A stretch of DNA of 64,000 bases, taken from an uncultured Candidatus Rokubacteria bacterium. Lineage in GTDB: Bacteria; Methylomirabilota; Methylomirabilia; Rokubacteriales; CSP1-6. Positions 1-12,323 of this stretch are shown piece by piece (positions within the stretch are counted from its first letter, which is position 1; each line of letters opens with the position of its first letter). Location: the NCBI GenBank assembly GCA_963789955.1, contig CAWBMV010000003.1, positions 1 through 64,000 of the forward strand, read 5' to 3'. A model generated the notes under the pieces. The model was not told the DNA's origin. It did no database searches and saw only the letters and a list, made by a program, of their open reading frames with translations. Both the position numbers and the translations under genes were made by a program.

Positions 1-741
1 CACGCCGCCTCGGCAGGAGTTCGTCTCGACGACGAGCATCGCCAAGTTCGACGACACCACCGCGGCCGCGTCGGTGCCGGTCAACTCGACGGTGCGCGCC
101 GAGCGGGCCATCTACGTCGACGCGGGCATCACGCAGCAGATCATCCCCGGCCTCAAGGTCGGCCTCGACGGCTTACTACAAGTACTCGTGTACCACCTGG
201 ACGAGGGCCAGTTCGGCGCGCCGACGTTCCTGACGCCGTTCAACTACACACGCGATCAACTACGGGGTCAGCTCGCACCACGTCGTACACGGTGGGCGGG
301 TTCTCCGCCTACGGCAATCTCGCCGCCGCGCAGCAGGTCGCCAAGGGCATCGTGTCGGCCCAGGCGCTCTTCGACGCCGATGACCTGGCCTACATCCACG
401 ATCACTACATCGTGACCGACCACAGCCAGCAGATCACCGCGTCGGGCGGCCTCGCCTTCCTGGCGGCAGACGCGCATGAGCCTCGATTTCGTGGCCGGCA
501 GCGGCCTCAGGCGCACGGTGCGCCATCCCAACGATTCGACGAACCCGCCCTATCAGCAGCTCGATCTGGGCATCGCGCAGCGCGTTCAAGCTGCCGGCGA
601 TCGGCGAGATGGATAGGCGATTCGACGTGATGAACGTGCTGGGTCAGGACTAGTTCTGCGCGACGGCACCGGGGTCGGCATCTTCGCCAAGCAATTCGGG
701 CGGCCGCGGGGCTTCTTCGGGGCGCTGAAGAGGAGTTCTGA
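1..741 (+). CDS. TonB-dependent outer-membrane receptor, C-terminal part (partial, several frameshifts)
   Basis: Fragments across frames read AERAIYVDAGITQQIIPGLKVGLDG, LDEGQFGAPTFLTPFNY, GFSAYGNLA, TDHSQQITASGG, RDGTGVGIFAKQFG and end EF* (TGA 739-741); a terminal Phe is typical of OM beta-barrels. Confidence 0.65.
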
Positions 742-842
742 GGGGTTTTGGCAGTTGCCGGCGGCTTGGTCGAAGGTGGATTAAAGCTTGGCGCCGAACA
801 GCCGCGAATGGCGCATCGGCAGCCCCTGAGAGGAGAGAGCAT

Positions 843-2305
843 ATGAGCGCTGGAGGACATCAGTCGGCGGCACAGATCCGTGCTCGCGTGGACCATCCGG
901 TCATCGACGGTGACGGCCACTGGGTCGAGTTCGACCCCGTCTTCGCCGAGCGGATGCGAAAGGTCGGCGGCGACAGGGCCGCCGAGGGCTTCCTCGCCGC
1001 GCTGAAGACCACGCAAGACGCGCTGAGCATGTCGCTCGCCGAGCGGCGGCGCCGGCGTGTCGCCCAGCCCGGCTTCTGGACCCGCCAGCGGGCAACACCC
1101 TCGATCGCGCGACCGCGATGATGCCGCGCACTCTCTACGAGCGGCTCGACGAGTTCGGCTGCGATTTCGCGATCATCTATCCGACCGCCGGCTTGCGCGT
1201 GCCGCGCATCAGCGACGATGCGACCCGCCGCGCGGTGGTGCGCGCGCACAACATCGTCACCGCCGACTACTTCCGCGAGCTCGAGCGACCGGATGACGCC
1301 GGCGGCGATCATCCCGATGCACACGCCGGAGGAGGCGATCGAGGAGCTCGAGTTCGTCACCAAGCAGCTCGGCTCCAAGGTCGGCATGTTCGGCAGCGGC
1401 ATGGCTCGGCAGGTGCCGTCGAGCCCGCAGAGCGATCCCGACGGGACGCGGATGGCCGTCTGGTACGACGTCCTCGCGATCGACAGCGAGTACAACTACG
1501 ACCCGGTCTGGGCGAAGTGCCGTGAGCTCGGCATCGCGCCGACCTTCCACAGCGCGGGGAGCAACCAGGCGCTCAGGAACTCGCCGTCGAACTTCATCTA
1601 CAACCACATCGGCCACTTCGCGGCCGCGGCACGCGGTGTCCAAGGCCATCTTCCTGGGCGGCGTCACGCGGCGGTTCCCGGAGCTTCGCTTCGCCTTCCT
1701 CGAGGGCGGCGTGCGGCTGGGCCGCCGGCTGCTCTGCGACCTGTTCGAGTATTGGGAGAAGCGCAACGCGAAGCAGCTGGAGCAACCTCGATCCCGAGCA
1801 AGGTCGACCTCGCGCTTCTGGTGAAGATGTTCGAACGCTACGGCAACGAGACCTGACGCGCCGAGCGTCAGCGACGACGCGACGGCTGGCCCGATCCTCG
1901 TCCGAGCCTGACGGGCGGCGCGAGGACCGACGACTTCGTCGACGAGTGGGCGGAAAGCGGCATCAAGCGGCCCGGATCCGCGATCTGTTCGCCGCCGCTT
2001 CTTCTTCGGCTGCGAGGCCGACGACCGCATGACCGCGGTCGCCTTCAACCAAGCTCAACCACTACAAGATCAAGCTCAACGCCATGCTGGGCTCCGACAT
2101 CGGCCATTGGGACGTGATCGACATCACCGACGTGCTGCCCGAGGCGTGGAGCCTGGTCGACGATGGGTGCATCACGCGGACAACTTCCGCGACTTCGTCT
2201 TCGCCAACACGTTCACCTTTGGGGCACGCTGAACCCGAAGTTCTTCAGGGCACCCGGGTGGCCCAGGCGGCGGCGGCTGAGCTGGCGCACGGGCAGCAGT
2301 TCTGA
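843..2305 (+). CDS. Amidohydrolase family protein (frameshifted)
   Basis: N-terminal IDGDGH metal motif, YDPVWAKCRELGIAPTFH, RFAFLEGG, LGSDIGHWD, spread over ORFs 843, 1118, 1218, 1522 and 2084. Confidence 0.8.
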
Positions 2306-2351
2306 CGGCGGACTCAGCAGGCGACTCGTTGCGGGCGGGCGCGCCGAGGCC

Positions 2352-3239
2352 TCAGTGCTTCAGGGCGCCCGCCGTCAATCCCTCCACGGACTGCTGCTGG
2401 AACACGAAGTAGAGCACGAGCACCGGCACCGAGAACAGCACGAGCGACGCCGCCAGGAGCGGGTAGTTCCCGTAGAGACTCGCTCGACGGCGGCGCATAG
2501 ATCCCCGTGGGGAGCGTGCGCATGCGCCCCTCGGTGATGAAGGTCAGCGCGAACAGGAACTCGTTCCAGTTCTGTAGACGAAGAGAAAGATCGCGACCGT
2601 CGCGAGCGCCGGGCGCGTGAGCGGCAGCATGACCCGCGCGAAGATCCGGAACTCGCCGGCGCCGTCGAGCCGTGCCGTTCCTAGACTACCGCGGTAGCCC
2701 CTCGAAGAATCCCTTCATGATGAAAGTCCCGAAGGCCAGCCCGAAGCCGGTGTACGGCCCGATCAGCGCGAAGGGCGTGTTGAGCAGGCCGAGCGTTCTG
2801 ACGATTCATGAAGAGCGGGATCAGCGTGATCGGAGCGGGATCGTGAGGCCGATGAGCACGACGCCGTACACGATGCCGCCGACCGGCGAAGCGAATCCGG
2901 CCCAGGCCGTAGCCGGCCAGCGCCGAGATCGCGAGCGTCGCGACCATCGACGCGGTCGACACGTAGATGCTGTTCCAGTAGAGCCGGCCGATGGCGTTGC
3001 CGGCCACCGACGCGGCGCGCGGATAGTTCTCGGGATGCGGCGGCCAGGGCACGAGGCGCCCGGCGAAGAGCTGCGGGTTGTCCATGAAGGAAAGGCTGAG
3101 CATGCGTTAGACGCCCGGCGCGACGGACAGGGCCAGCGCGCCGAGCAGCACCACCCAGATGCCGGCCCGGCTCAGGCGCGCGCCGCGACGGAGCCGCGCC
3201 TGCCGGCGGGGACGGACGCGCGGCAACGACGGTGCTCAC
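2352..3239 (-). CDS. Carbohydrate ABC transporter permease (MalG/UgpE-like, frameshifted)
   Basis: [36 protein letters not shown] and [12 protein letters not shown] segments; C-terminus [10 protein letters not shown]. Confidence 0.8.
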
Positions 3240-4143
3240 GCCGGCCGCCTTCCCGCGATTCGTTCAGCACGTACGTCTGGACTCGAGCGATCGACAGCAC
3301 GAGCGCGACCAGGATCACCGCGACCGCGGAGGCGATGCCCATGTGGTTCAGCTCGAAGGCCTCGCGATAGAGCATGGTCGCGAGCACCTGGTGGAGTACG
3401 TCGGGCCGCCGCGGGTCATGATGAAGACGAGGTCGAAGACCTTCAGGCTCCGATGATCGACAGGAGCGCCGTGAGCGCGAGGATCGGGCGCATCAGCGGC
3501 GTGATCACGCGCAGGGTGAGCTGCCAGGCATTGGCGCCGTCCACCCGGGCGGCTTCCTCGACGTCCTGCGGCAGACTTTGAAGCCCCGCCAGCAGAATCA
3601 CGCAGACTGAAGCCCACGTTCTTCCACACGCTGACCGCGATGACTGCCGAGAGCGCGGTGGCCGGATCCCCGAGCCAGGGATGCGCCCAGGCGCCGAGAC
3701 CGACGGCGAGAAGAAACGTATTGAGGAGCCCGGTGTTGGGCTCGAAGATGCGCTGAAAGATGAGTGTGACGACGATGAGCGACATGACGACCGGCACGAA
3801 GAAGAGCGTGCGCAGAAACGATCGCGCGACGAGCCGGCGGTTCAGCAGAAGTGCGAGCAGGAACCCGAGCCCGACCTCGAGCGGAGTTCGCACGGCGACG
3901 AAGACGACGGAGTTCACGGTGGCCCGCCAGAACACCTCGTCGCCGGCCAGCGCGCGATAGTTCTCGAGGCCGACGAACGGGCCCGCAGCGCGGCGTGTAG
4001 CCGTCCCACTCGTGAACGCTGAGCCACACCGAGTAGCCGATCGGATACACGAGGAACGCCGCGAGGATCACGAGGGCCGGTCCCGCGAACGCGTAGCCCG
4101 CCGCGTGACGCCGCCAGCTGCGTCGGGCGGCGATGGACAGCAC
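3236..4143 (-). CDS. Carbohydrate ABC transporter permease (MalF/UgpA-like, frameshifted; 3' end approximate)
   Basis: [54 protein letters not shown]. Confidence 0.8.
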
Positions 4144-4156
4144 TGGACCCCGCGCC

Positions 4157-5566
4157 TCAGCCCGTTCGGAACTTGCGAGCGCCGACCTTCTGGGAGGCCG
4201 CTTCCACGGACTCCATCACGGCCTTCGGAGCCTTCGACCCGATGATGAGCGCCTGCATGCCCTGGGTCACCGCTTCCTCGACGGCCGGCGTGAAGATGAC
4301 CCGGGTCGTTCCGGTCGGCTGGAGCTTGAGGAACTCGGGATAGAGGGGATCCTTGAGCGATTGCATCTGGTAGGCGATCGCCTCCGCGCTGATCGGCCCG
4401 TTCGGCGAGAGGCCGAGGTTTCTCGTGTACTCGATCTTCCCCCAGGCACCGGTGATGGCCTTGACCATCTCGAATGCGAGTTCCGGGTGCTTGCTCCGCG
4501 CGTTGACCGTGAGGGTGATCCCGACCGAGCTCAGCACGGGTTTGTGGCCGCCGGCGACGACGGCGGGGAAGGGGAAGATGCCCAGATCGAAATTCGGCGG
4601 CAGCGCCGCGCGGATCGAGCGGCGCATCCATTGCCCGCCCCAGAACATGGCTGATTTGCCCGTGGCGAAGATCTGGATCGCGTCCGGCTCCTTGATGCCG
4701 AGCGGGCCCTTCGCGTACATACCCGACTTCGCCATCATCTCGACGAACTCCGCCCCGGCGACCAGCTCGGGGCTCGTCCACGGCTTGAGCCCGAGGTCGG
4801 CCTCGCGCATCAGCTTGTCGGCTTTGATGCCGCCCAGGTACGTGTAGTACGGGAAGATCGGGAAGTTGCGGTCCTGTCCCGCCGGATACGCGATCGGCAT
4901 GATTCCCTTGGCGTTCAAGGCGGCGCCGACCTTCTTCAGCTCGTCCAGGGTGTTCGGGACCTCGAGCCCGTGCTGCTGGAAGAGGCCACGGTTGTAGTAG
5001 ACGATCACCGTGTTGGTGACGGCGGGTACCGACACGACCGCGCCGTTGATCGTCAGGAGCTCGAGCGCGTTGGGCCAGAAGCCGCGCTTGTATTCGGGAT
5101 CGTCGGCGAAGACCTTCGTGAAGTCGATCACGCTGCCGCTCGTGGAGACGTCGACGGCATAGGCGCCCGGCTCGATCGCGATGATGTCCGGCGTGGGGCT
5201 TTGCGCCGCGAGCGCCGACTTGACCCCGACTCGCTGCTCGTTCAGCCCGGGGAACGCGGTGATCTCGAGCGAGAGGTTCGGATCGTGGCGCTTCTTGTAT
5301 TCCTCCGCGATGAACTTCTGCACATCGACGTGAAAACCGACGTATTGCCAGAACGAGATGGTGGTCGGCACGCTCGCCTTGACCTTGGGCGCCTTGAACT
5401 CGACGGGATTCTTGAGCTCGCCCGCCGCCTTCGAGGCTGACGGCTGCGCGCCGCCGGTCTGCGCCGTCGTGCGACTCGCGCGGAGCAGCAGCGGGGTCGC
5501 GGTCGCCGAGACGAGGCCCAGCTGGAGCAGTTTTCGCCGCGACATCCCGCCTTTCGCCTTGCTCAT
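4157..5566 (-). CDS. Sugar-family ABC transporter substrate-binding protein with Tat-type signal
   Basis: Intact 469-aa ORF; SRRKLL twin-arginine leader, PDII, YYNRGLF, FATGKSAM motifs; lies directly upstream of two permeases. Confidence 0.88.
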   Translation of the reverse strand: MSKAKGGMSRRKLLQLGLVSATATPLLLRASRTTAQTGGAQPSASKAAGELKNPVEFKAPKVKASVPTTISFWQYVGFHVDVQKFIAEEYKKRHDPNLSLEITAFPGLNEQRVGVKSALAAQSPTPDIIAIEPGAYAVDVSTSGSVIDFTKVFADDPEYKRGFWPNALELLTINGAVVSVPAVTNTVIVYYNRGLFQQHGLEVPNTLDELKKVGAALNAKGIMPIAYPAGQDRNFPIFPYYTYLGGIKADKLMREADLGLKPWTSPELVAGAEFVEMMAKSGMYAKGPLGIKEPDAIQIFATGKSAMFWGGQWMRRSIRAALPPNFDLGIFPFPAVVAGGHKPVLSSVGITLTVNARSKHPELAFEMVKAITGAWGKIEYTRNLGLSPNGPISAEAIAYQMQSLKDPLYPEFLKLQPTGTTRVIFTPAVEEAVTQGMQALIIGSKAPKAVMESVEAASQKVGARKFRTG

Positions 5567-5673
5567 GCCAAGCTCTCCCTTTGGCTGACCGAATCGAACA
5601 TTCGCCCTCTGGTAACCGACGCCTCAAACTGTGTCAAGCCGCGATGTGCTGCGCCTACGGGGGCACCCGCGAA

Positions 5674-7279
5674 TCACCCTGTGGGATCGCCCTTGCCGTC
5701 CCGTCGGTAGATCTCCACGATGCGCTCCCAGGGAATGACGCCGACCCGACTCGCCCAGGCGGCCCACGCCTCGATGAGCTCGGCGACGATGTCGGGCCGC
5801 TTGGCCGCCTGATCGTGGAGCTCGGCGCGGTCGACGTCGATGTCGTAGAGCTCCCACGGCAACGGGTGCTCCCGGACGAGCTTCCAGCGGCCGCGCCGGA
5901 TCGCCGCGTTGCCGAGATGCTCCCAGTAGAGCGTGCGCGGCTCGACGGTGCCGCCCCTCAGTGCCGCAAGCATGCTGCGCCCCTCGAGCGGCAACGGCTC
6001 GCGGCCGGGATATCTCGCCGGGTAGGCGACGCCGGCGGCCTCGAGCACAGTCGGAACGATATCGGTGAGCTGAAACGGCGTGTGGAGGATGTTCGGCTCG
6101 ATGCCGCCGCCGGGCCAGTGAACGAGCAGCGGCGTGGAGATGCCGCCCTCGTGCACCCAGCGTTTGTAGAAGCGGAACGGCGTGTTCGACAGATTCGCCC
6201 ACGCACGCCCATAGCTCGAGTAGGTATCGTCGGGGCCGGGCTCGATGTCGGGCGAGTTCCCGATGCGCAGTGCGGCGCCGGTCCAGGTCACGGGCGGCAC
6301 GATGCTACGACGATGGCGGAAGGTTTCGGGATCCGCGATCGGCAAGCCCTCGGCGCTCGCACCGTTGTCGGACAGAAAGAAGAAGAGCGTGTTCGAGAGC
6401 GCACCGGTCTCGGTGAGCGCCGCGACGATCCGAGCGATGCCGCGATCCATCCGGTCGATCTGCGCGGCATACGTCTGCATGCGGACCAGTTGCCACGCCT
6501 GGTCGGGCGCATCGCGCCACGCCGGCTGAGTCGGGGTCCCGGCCGCTCAGGGTCGTTCCTGCCGGCATGACCCCCTCGGCCACGAGCCGTTTGAGGCGCG
6601 CTTCGCGGAGCTCATCCCATCCCGCATCGAACGTTCCGCGGTAACGCACGACATCGTCGGCCGGCGCATGCAGCGGCCAGTGCGGCGCGGTGTACGCCGT
6701 ATAGAGGAAGAAGGGGCGATTCGTCTCGTCTGTGGCGTGCGTCCGGACGAACTGCTCGGCTTCGTCCGTGATGGCGTCGGTGTAGAAGAATCCCGGGGCC
6801 GCCGCCTCGCTCTCTGCGTTCTGCTCGGCGCGTGTGAGCGTCGTCGGACGGTAATAGCTGCCACAGCCCGAGAGCGTGCCGAAGAACCGATCGAAGCCGC
6901 GCCGCGTCGGCCAGGCATCGGACGGATTCCACACGTCGGACGTCAGATGCCACTTGCCGCTCAGGCAGGTCGCGTAGCCGGCCTCTCGCAGCATCTCCGC
7001 GAGGGTCAGGCACCGCTCGTTGAGCGACCCTCGATACCCCTCGGGGCGATCGTCACTCGTCAAAATCCCGATTCCGGTCTGATGCGGGTGGAGGCCCGTG
7101 AGCATCGACGCGCGTGAGGGGCTGCAGCGGGTGGTGTTGTAGAAGCGCGTCAGCCGCACGCCGGCTCGTCCGAGTCGATCCAGGGTCGGGGTCGCGATCT
7201 CGCCGCCGTAGCAGCCGAGGTCGGAATAGCCCATGTCGTCGGCAACCACGATTACCACGTCGGGTCTGGTGGGAGGCAT
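5674..7279 (-). CDS. Arylsulfatase (Cys-type, AtsA-like; one frameshift near 6540)
   Basis: ADDMGYSDLGCYGGEI, sulfatase signature CSPSRASMLTG, GKWH, APHWPLHA, SDNG, HEGGISTP. Confidence 0.9.
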
Positions 7280-7371
7280 GTCGCCCGCCGGCGCCGCGAG
7301 GCTACACGATCCACGTTCGCGGTACAATGCCGCGACGCACCACAGTTCTTTCTGGGGAGGTCGCTCGGCCC

Positions 7372-8004
7372 ATGCACCTCGATCCGAAAGCGATTGGCAC
7401 GGAAGCGATGTACAAGCTCATGATCGGATGCGTCGTTCCGCGGCCGATCGCATGGGTATCGAGCGTGGACGCCAGCGGCGTCCCCAATCTCGCTCCGTTC
7501 AGTTACTTCATGGCGATCACCCACGACCCGCCGACCATCGCGTTCTCGGCCTCACCGCGCGCCGAGGCCGGCGGCGGGCGCGGCAAGAAGGACACGTTGC
7601 GTAACGTGGAAGTCACGCGCGAGTTCGTCGTGAACATGGTGGACGACGCGCTGGCCGAGCAGATGAACGTGACCTCCGGCGACTACGCGCCGGGAATCGA
7701 CGAGTTCGAGCAGGCGAACCTGGTGGCCGCGCCGAGCCTGAAGGTGAAGGCGCCGCGCGTCGCCGCCGCGCCGATCAACATGGAGTGCCGCCTCGTGCAG
7801 ATCATCCCGGTGGGCAATCTTCCGAGTAACCTCGTGATCGGGGAGATCGTCCAGCTGCACCTGCGCGACGACGTCTACGATCCGGCGAGCGGGCGGCTCG
7901 ACATGCACCGGCTGCGGCCGGTCGGACGTCTCGCCGGACACCTCTACACGCACGTCCACGAGATCTTCGAGATGAAGCGCCCGGCGGTCGACTACAAGGG
8001 CTGA
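7372..8004 (+). CDS. Flavin reductase family (FMN-binding split barrel) protein
   Basis: VVPRPIAWVS, NLAPFSYF, KDTLRN, EFVVN, VGRLAG; GGAGG upstream of ATG 7372. Confidence 0.88.
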   Translation: MHLDPKAIGTEAMYKLMIGCVVPRPIAWVSSVDASGVPNLAPFSYFMAITHDPPTIAFSASPRAEAGGGRGKKDTLRNVEVTREFVVNMVDDALAEQMNVTSGDYAPGIDEFEQANLVAAPSLKVKAPRVAAAPINMECRLVQIIPVGNLPSNLVIGEIVQLHLRDDVYDPASGRLDMHRLRPVGRLAGHLYTHVHEIFEMKRPAVDYKG

Positions 8005-8025
8005 CGTCGAGCCGACCACTCCGTC

Positions 8026-8475
8026 CTAGTCCGCGCGCCGGGTCAGGAGGCGATCGAGGTGGTTGGCGAAGCGCTGCCGGTCGCTCTGGCTGAACGGCGC
8101 CGGACCGCCGAGGATGTCGCCGGTGGACCTGAGCTCTTGCATGAGATTGCGGATGGCCAGGCGATCACGAACATTGTCTTCCGAGTAGAGCTCTCCGCGC
8201 GGGTCGAGCGCGTGAGCGCCGCGGGTGATCACCTCGGCGGCCAGCGGGATGTCGGCGGTGATCACCAGGTCGCCCGGTTGGATCTGCTCCACGATCTGAT
8301 GGTCGGCGACGTTGAAGCCCTTGGCCACGCGAACGCTCTTGATGAACGGCGATGAGGGGACCCGCAGCAGGGTGTTCGCGACGAGCGTCGTCAAGATCTG
8401 CGCGCGCTCGGCGGCCCGGAACAGGATCTCCTTGATGCCTTGAGGGCACGCGTCCGCGTCGACCCAGATCCGCAC
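8026..8475 (-). CDS. yaiI: YaiI/YqxD (UPF0178) family protein
   Basis: [26 protein letters not shown] motifs. Confidence 0.9.
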   Translation of the reverse strand: MRIWVDADACPQGIKEILFRAAERAQILTTLVANTLLRVPSSPFIKSVRVAKGFNVADHQIVEQIQPGDLVITADIPLAAEVITRGAHALDPRGELYSEDNVRDRLAIRNLMQELRSTGDILGGPAPFSQSDRQRFANHLDRLLTRRAD

Positions 8476-8484
8476 TCAGCGCAA

Positions 8485-9084
8485 TCAGAAGCCCGCGACG
8501 TACGGCAGCTTTCGCGCCGTCGTCTCGATCGCCGCGCCCGCTTCGAGCAGCACCGCCGTCGAATCCCACGTGCCCTGCACGAGCTGATTCCGTGGCCCGT
8601 CCGGGATCGTCGCCTTGACCGTGCGGTTGCCGAACTTCACCTCTTGCTTCTCCACGTCGACCGAGACCGGCGCTTGCGGCGCCCGGCCGACCTCGCGCTG
8701 CAGCCACTCGAGGTCTTCCTGCGAGGCGCGCAGGCAGGGGATGCCGAGCATCACGCAGTTGCCGAAGAAGATCTCGCCGAAGGAGCCGCCGACGATGGCG
8801 GCGATGCCCCAGCGCATCAGCGCCTGCGGGGCGTGCTCCCGCGAAGAGCCGCAGCCGAAGTTCTGGCCGACCACGAGCACGGAGGCGCCTTTGTACGCGG
8901 GCGAGTTGAACGGATGCTCGGGGTTCTGCTTCTTCGCATCCTCGAAGGCGTGCTCGCCCATCGTCGTGAACGTCACTTCCTTGAGGAAGCGAGCCGGGAT
9001 GATGCGGTCAGTGTCGATGTCGTTACCGGGCAGGGGGATGCCGCGGCCGACGATCTGCTTGCGCTTGAAGTCGAGCGTGCTCAT
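8485..9084 (-). CDS. leuD: 3-isopropylmalate dehydratase small subunit
   Basis: [36 protein letters not shown]; start overlaps the leuC stop (ATGA). Confidence 0.95.
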   Translation of the reverse strand: MSTLDFKRKQIVGRGIPLPGNDIDTDRIIPARFLKEVTFTTMGEHAFEDAKKQNPEHPFNSPAYKGASVLVVGQNFGCGSSREHAPQALMRWGIAAIVGGSFGEIFFGNCVMLGIPCLRASQEDLEWLQREVGRAPQAPVSVDVEKQEVKFGNRTVKATIPDGPRNQLVQGTWDSTAVLLEAGAAIETTARKLPYVAGF

Positions 9085-10484
9085 TTCAGGATCTCCCTCA
9101 CGTCGGCGACGGCGCCGGTGATCGCGGCGGCGGCGACCATGGCCGGGCTCATCAGGAGCGTGCGCCCGGTCGGGCTGCCCTGACGGCCGATGAAGTTGCG
9201 ATTGCTGGACGAGGCGCTCATCTCGCGCCCGACCAGCTGATCCGGATTCATGCCCAGGCACATCGAGCAGCCGGCCTTGCGCCACTCGAAGCCCGCGGAC
9301 TGGAAGATCTCGGGCAGGCCCTCGGCCTCGGCGGCCTTCGCGACCTGCTGAGAGCCCGGCACGATGAGCGCGCGCACGCCCTTGGCGACCTTGCCTTTCT
9401 TCGCCACCTCGGCGGCGACACGCAGGTCCGACAGACGCCCGTTCGTGCACGAGCCGACGAACGCGACGTCGATCTTCGCGCCCTTGATCGGCTGGCCGGC
9501 CTGGAAGCTCATGTGCGCGAGCGCCTCGCGGAAAGTCGAGCGGTCGGCTTCGGGCGCGGACTCGGGAGCGGGGATCCGCTGGCTCACGCCCACCGACATG
9601 CCTGGGTTGATGCCCCACGTCACCATCGGCTCGATCGCGCCACCGTCGAGGCGCGCGACGTCGTCGAACGAGGCGCCCGGGTCGGTCGCGACGGACTTCC
9701 ACCACGCGGCCGCCTTGTCGAACGCCGCGCCCGCGGGCGCGTACTGTCGGCCGCGCAGATAGTCGATCGTCGTCGTGTCCGGATTGACGTAGCCGAATCG
9801 CGCGGCGCCCTCGATCGACATGTTGCAGACGGTCAGTCGCTCCTCCATCGTCATGCGATCGATCACGGGCCCCGCGTACTCGTACGCGTAGCCCACGCCG
9901 CCCTTCACGCCGAGCTGGTTGATGATCGCGAGGATCACGTCCTTCGCGTAGACGCCCCTGGCGAGCGCGCCGTCGACCCGCACCTGGCGCAGCTTGGGCT
10001 TGGCCATCGACAGACACTGCGTCGCGAGCACGTCGCGCACCTGGGTGGTGCCGATGCCGAAGGCGATGGCGCCCATGGCGCCGTGGGTCGAGGTGTGGCT
10101 GTCGCCGCACGCGATCGTCATGCCCGGCTGCGAGAGGCCGAGCTCGGGGCCGATCACGTGCACGATGCCCTGCTTGCCCGTCGACATGTCGAAGAGCGGC
10201 AGGCTGAAGTCTTTCATGTTGCGGATCATGTGCACCGCCATCTCCTCCGCCAGCGGATCGGCGTAGGGGCGGGCCTGGTCGGTCGTCGGGATGATGTGGT
10301 CGAGCGTGCCGAACGTGCGCTCCGGCATCCGGACTTTCAGCTTCGAATCGCGGAGCATCTGAAACGCCTGCGGCGTCGTCACCTCGTGGATCAGGTGCAG
10401 GCCGATCAGGAGCTGGGTCTGTCCGGACGGCAAGGTCCGAACCGTGTGCGCGTCCCATACTTTGTCGAGCAACGTCTTGGCCAT
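9081..10484 (-). CDS. leuC: 3-isopropylmalate dehydratase large subunit
   Basis: [45 protein letters not shown]. Confidence 0.96.
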   Translation of the reverse strand: MAKTLLDKVWDAHTVRTLPSGQTQLLIGLHLIHEVTTPQAFQMLRDSKLKVRMPERTFGTLDHIIPTTDQARPYADPLAEEMAVHMIRNMKDFSLPLFDMSTGKQGIVHVIGPELGLSQPGMTIACGDSHTSTHGAMGAIAFGIGTTQVRDVLATQCLSMAKPKLRQVRVDGALARGVYAKDVILAIINQLGVKGGVGYAYEYAGPVIDRMTMEERLTVCNMSIEGAARFGYVNPDTTTIDYLRGRQYAPAGAAFDKAAAWWKSVATDPGASFDDVARLDGGAIEPMVTWGINPGMSVGVSQRIPAPESAPEADRSTFREALAHMSFQAGQPIKGAKIDVAFVGSCTNGRLSDLRVAAEVAKKGKVAKGVRALIVPGSQQVAKAAEAEGLPEIFQSAGFEWRKAGCSMCLGMNPDQLVGREMSASSSNRNFIGRQGSPTGRTLLMSPAMVAAAAITGAVADVREILK

Positions 10485-10583
10485 GCGGCTCCTCCTCTGA
10501 GCTCCACCGGGCGCGCGTATGCTGCCTCAGCGTAACCGTGTAGTCCAGTGAAACGTTCTGTAGCGAATGGTAAGCTACACTTC

Positions 10584-11495
10584 ATGGTCGACGCCGCGCT
10601 CTTTCCCGCGCTCGAGACGCTCCTGGCCGTCGCGCGCACGGGCTCGGTGGGGGCGGCGGCGCGGCAGCGGCGGATCACCTCCTCGGCCGTGAGCCAGCAG
10701 ATCCGCAAGCTCGAGACGCATTTCGGCATCAAGCTCTTCGAGCGCGCCGGGCGCGGCGTGCGGCTCACGGCCGCCGGCGAGACCGCGCTGCCGGTGGTGC
10801 GCGAGCTCTGGAGCGGCGCCGAGTCGGCCTTCGGCCAGCTCGGGGAGCTTGCCGGGCGCCCGGCCACGACGCTCAGGCTGGCGGCCAGCGACTACCTCGG
10901 CAAGGGCCTGCTGGCGCCCGTGCTGCGCGACCTGCTCGACGAGGATCCGCCGGTGCGCTTCGAGATCGTCACCACGCACTCGCGCGCGAGCGTGCGCCTG
11001 GTCGCCGAGGGCGACGTGGATCTCGCGGTGGTCACGGGCCAGGAAACGCCGCGCGGTCTCGAGGATCGCCATCTCTTCGATCAGCCCTTTGCCTGGGTCG
11101 GACCGCGTCGCGGCCGCGATCGTACGCCGCTGACCGAGCGGCTGCGTCGCGAGCCGGTGCTTCGGCTCGCCGCCGAGAGCCGAGGCCGCGCGCTGCTCGA
11201 CCAGTATTTCGCCGACGAGCGCATCCGGCCCGTGTCGACCATCGACGTGCCGAGCGTCTCGCTGCTCCTGTCCTACGTGTCGGGCGGGCTCGGCATCGGG
11301 CTCGTGCCGGCGCTCGCGCTGGCCGAGGCGCCGGCGGACCGAATCGTCAGCGCGCCCGCGCGGGTTCCGGCGCTGCCAGTCGCGCTGCTCTGGCGGGCGA
11401 GCGCGCGTCGCCAGCCGGCGCTCGCGCGGCTCGCGGCGCTCCTGGCCACTGCCGGAGCTCGCGCCGGCGCGCGGCTCGCCCGCCGGCACGGATGA
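10584..11495 (+). CDS. LysR family transcriptional regulator, divergent from leuCD
   Basis: HTH GSVGAAARQRRITSSAVSQQIRKLE..LFER..VRLTAAG plus substrate-binding domain. Confidence 0.92.
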   Translation: MVDAALFPALETLLAVARTGSVGAAARQRRITSSAVSQQIRKLETHFGIKLFERAGRGVRLTAAGETALPVVRELWSGAESAFGQLGELAGRPATTLRLAASDYLGKGLLAPVLRDLLDEDPPVRFEIVTTHSRASVRLVAEGDVDLAVVTGQETPRGLEDRHLFDQPFAWVGPRRGRDRTPLTERLRREPVLRLAAESRGRALLDQYFADERIRPVSTIDVPSVSLLLSYVSGGLGIGLVPALALAEAPADRIVSAPARVPALPVALLWRASARRQPALARLAALLATAGARAGARLARRHG

Positions 11496-11599
11496 CCGCC
11501 CGTTGCGGCGCGCTATACCCAGGGCGTATGCTGTTACTTCTTCGGCATGGCGACCGGCTACTTAGCCCAATACTGAGCTGCAACACGGAGGCATAACAC

Positions 11600-12267
11600 A
11601 TGGCACTGCGGATCAACAGCGAAGCACCGAACTTCACCGCCGAGACCACCCAGGGGAAGATCAACTTCCACGACTGGATCGGCTCGGGGTGGGCCATCCT
11701 CTTCTCTCACCCGAAGGATTTCACGCCGGTGTGCACGACCGAGCTCGGCTACATGGCGGGGCTGAAGCCCGAATTCGACAAGCGCGACTGCAAGATCATC
11801 GGGCTCAGCGTCGATCCGGTCACCGACCACGAGCGGTGGTCGAAGGACATCCAGGAGACGTCAGGGTCACGCCGTGACGTATCCGATGATCGGCGATCCG
11901 GAGCTGAAGGTGGCGACGGCCTACGACATGCTGCCGGAGGGCGCCGGCACGACGTCGCAGGGGCGGACGCGCGGCCGACAACGCGACGGTGCGCTCGGTG
12001 TTCATCATCGGGCCGGACAAGAAGGTCAAGGCGATGCTGACCTACCCGATGTCGACCGGCCGTAACTTCGACGAAGTGCTCCGGCTCCTCGACTCCTGCC
12101 AGCTCACGGCCAAGCACAAGGTGGCCACGCCGGTGAACTGGAAGCAGGGTCAGGACGTCATCATCGTACCGGCCGTCTCGGACGACGAGGCGAAGAAGAC
12201 GTATCCGGCGGGCTTGAAGATCACCGAAGCCCTATCTGCGGATCGTTCGCCCAGCCGAAGTAGCTAG
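11600..12267 (+). CDS. 1-Cys peroxiredoxin (Prx6 type, frameshifted)
   Basis: FSHPKDFTPVCTTE, YPMSTGRNFDEVLR, ATPVNW. Confidence 0.9.
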
Positions 12268-12323
12268 GACGCGGCGCTCGGCCGGTGGCGTCCGTCACGA
12301 GCCACCGGCCGGGTCGCTGGCGG

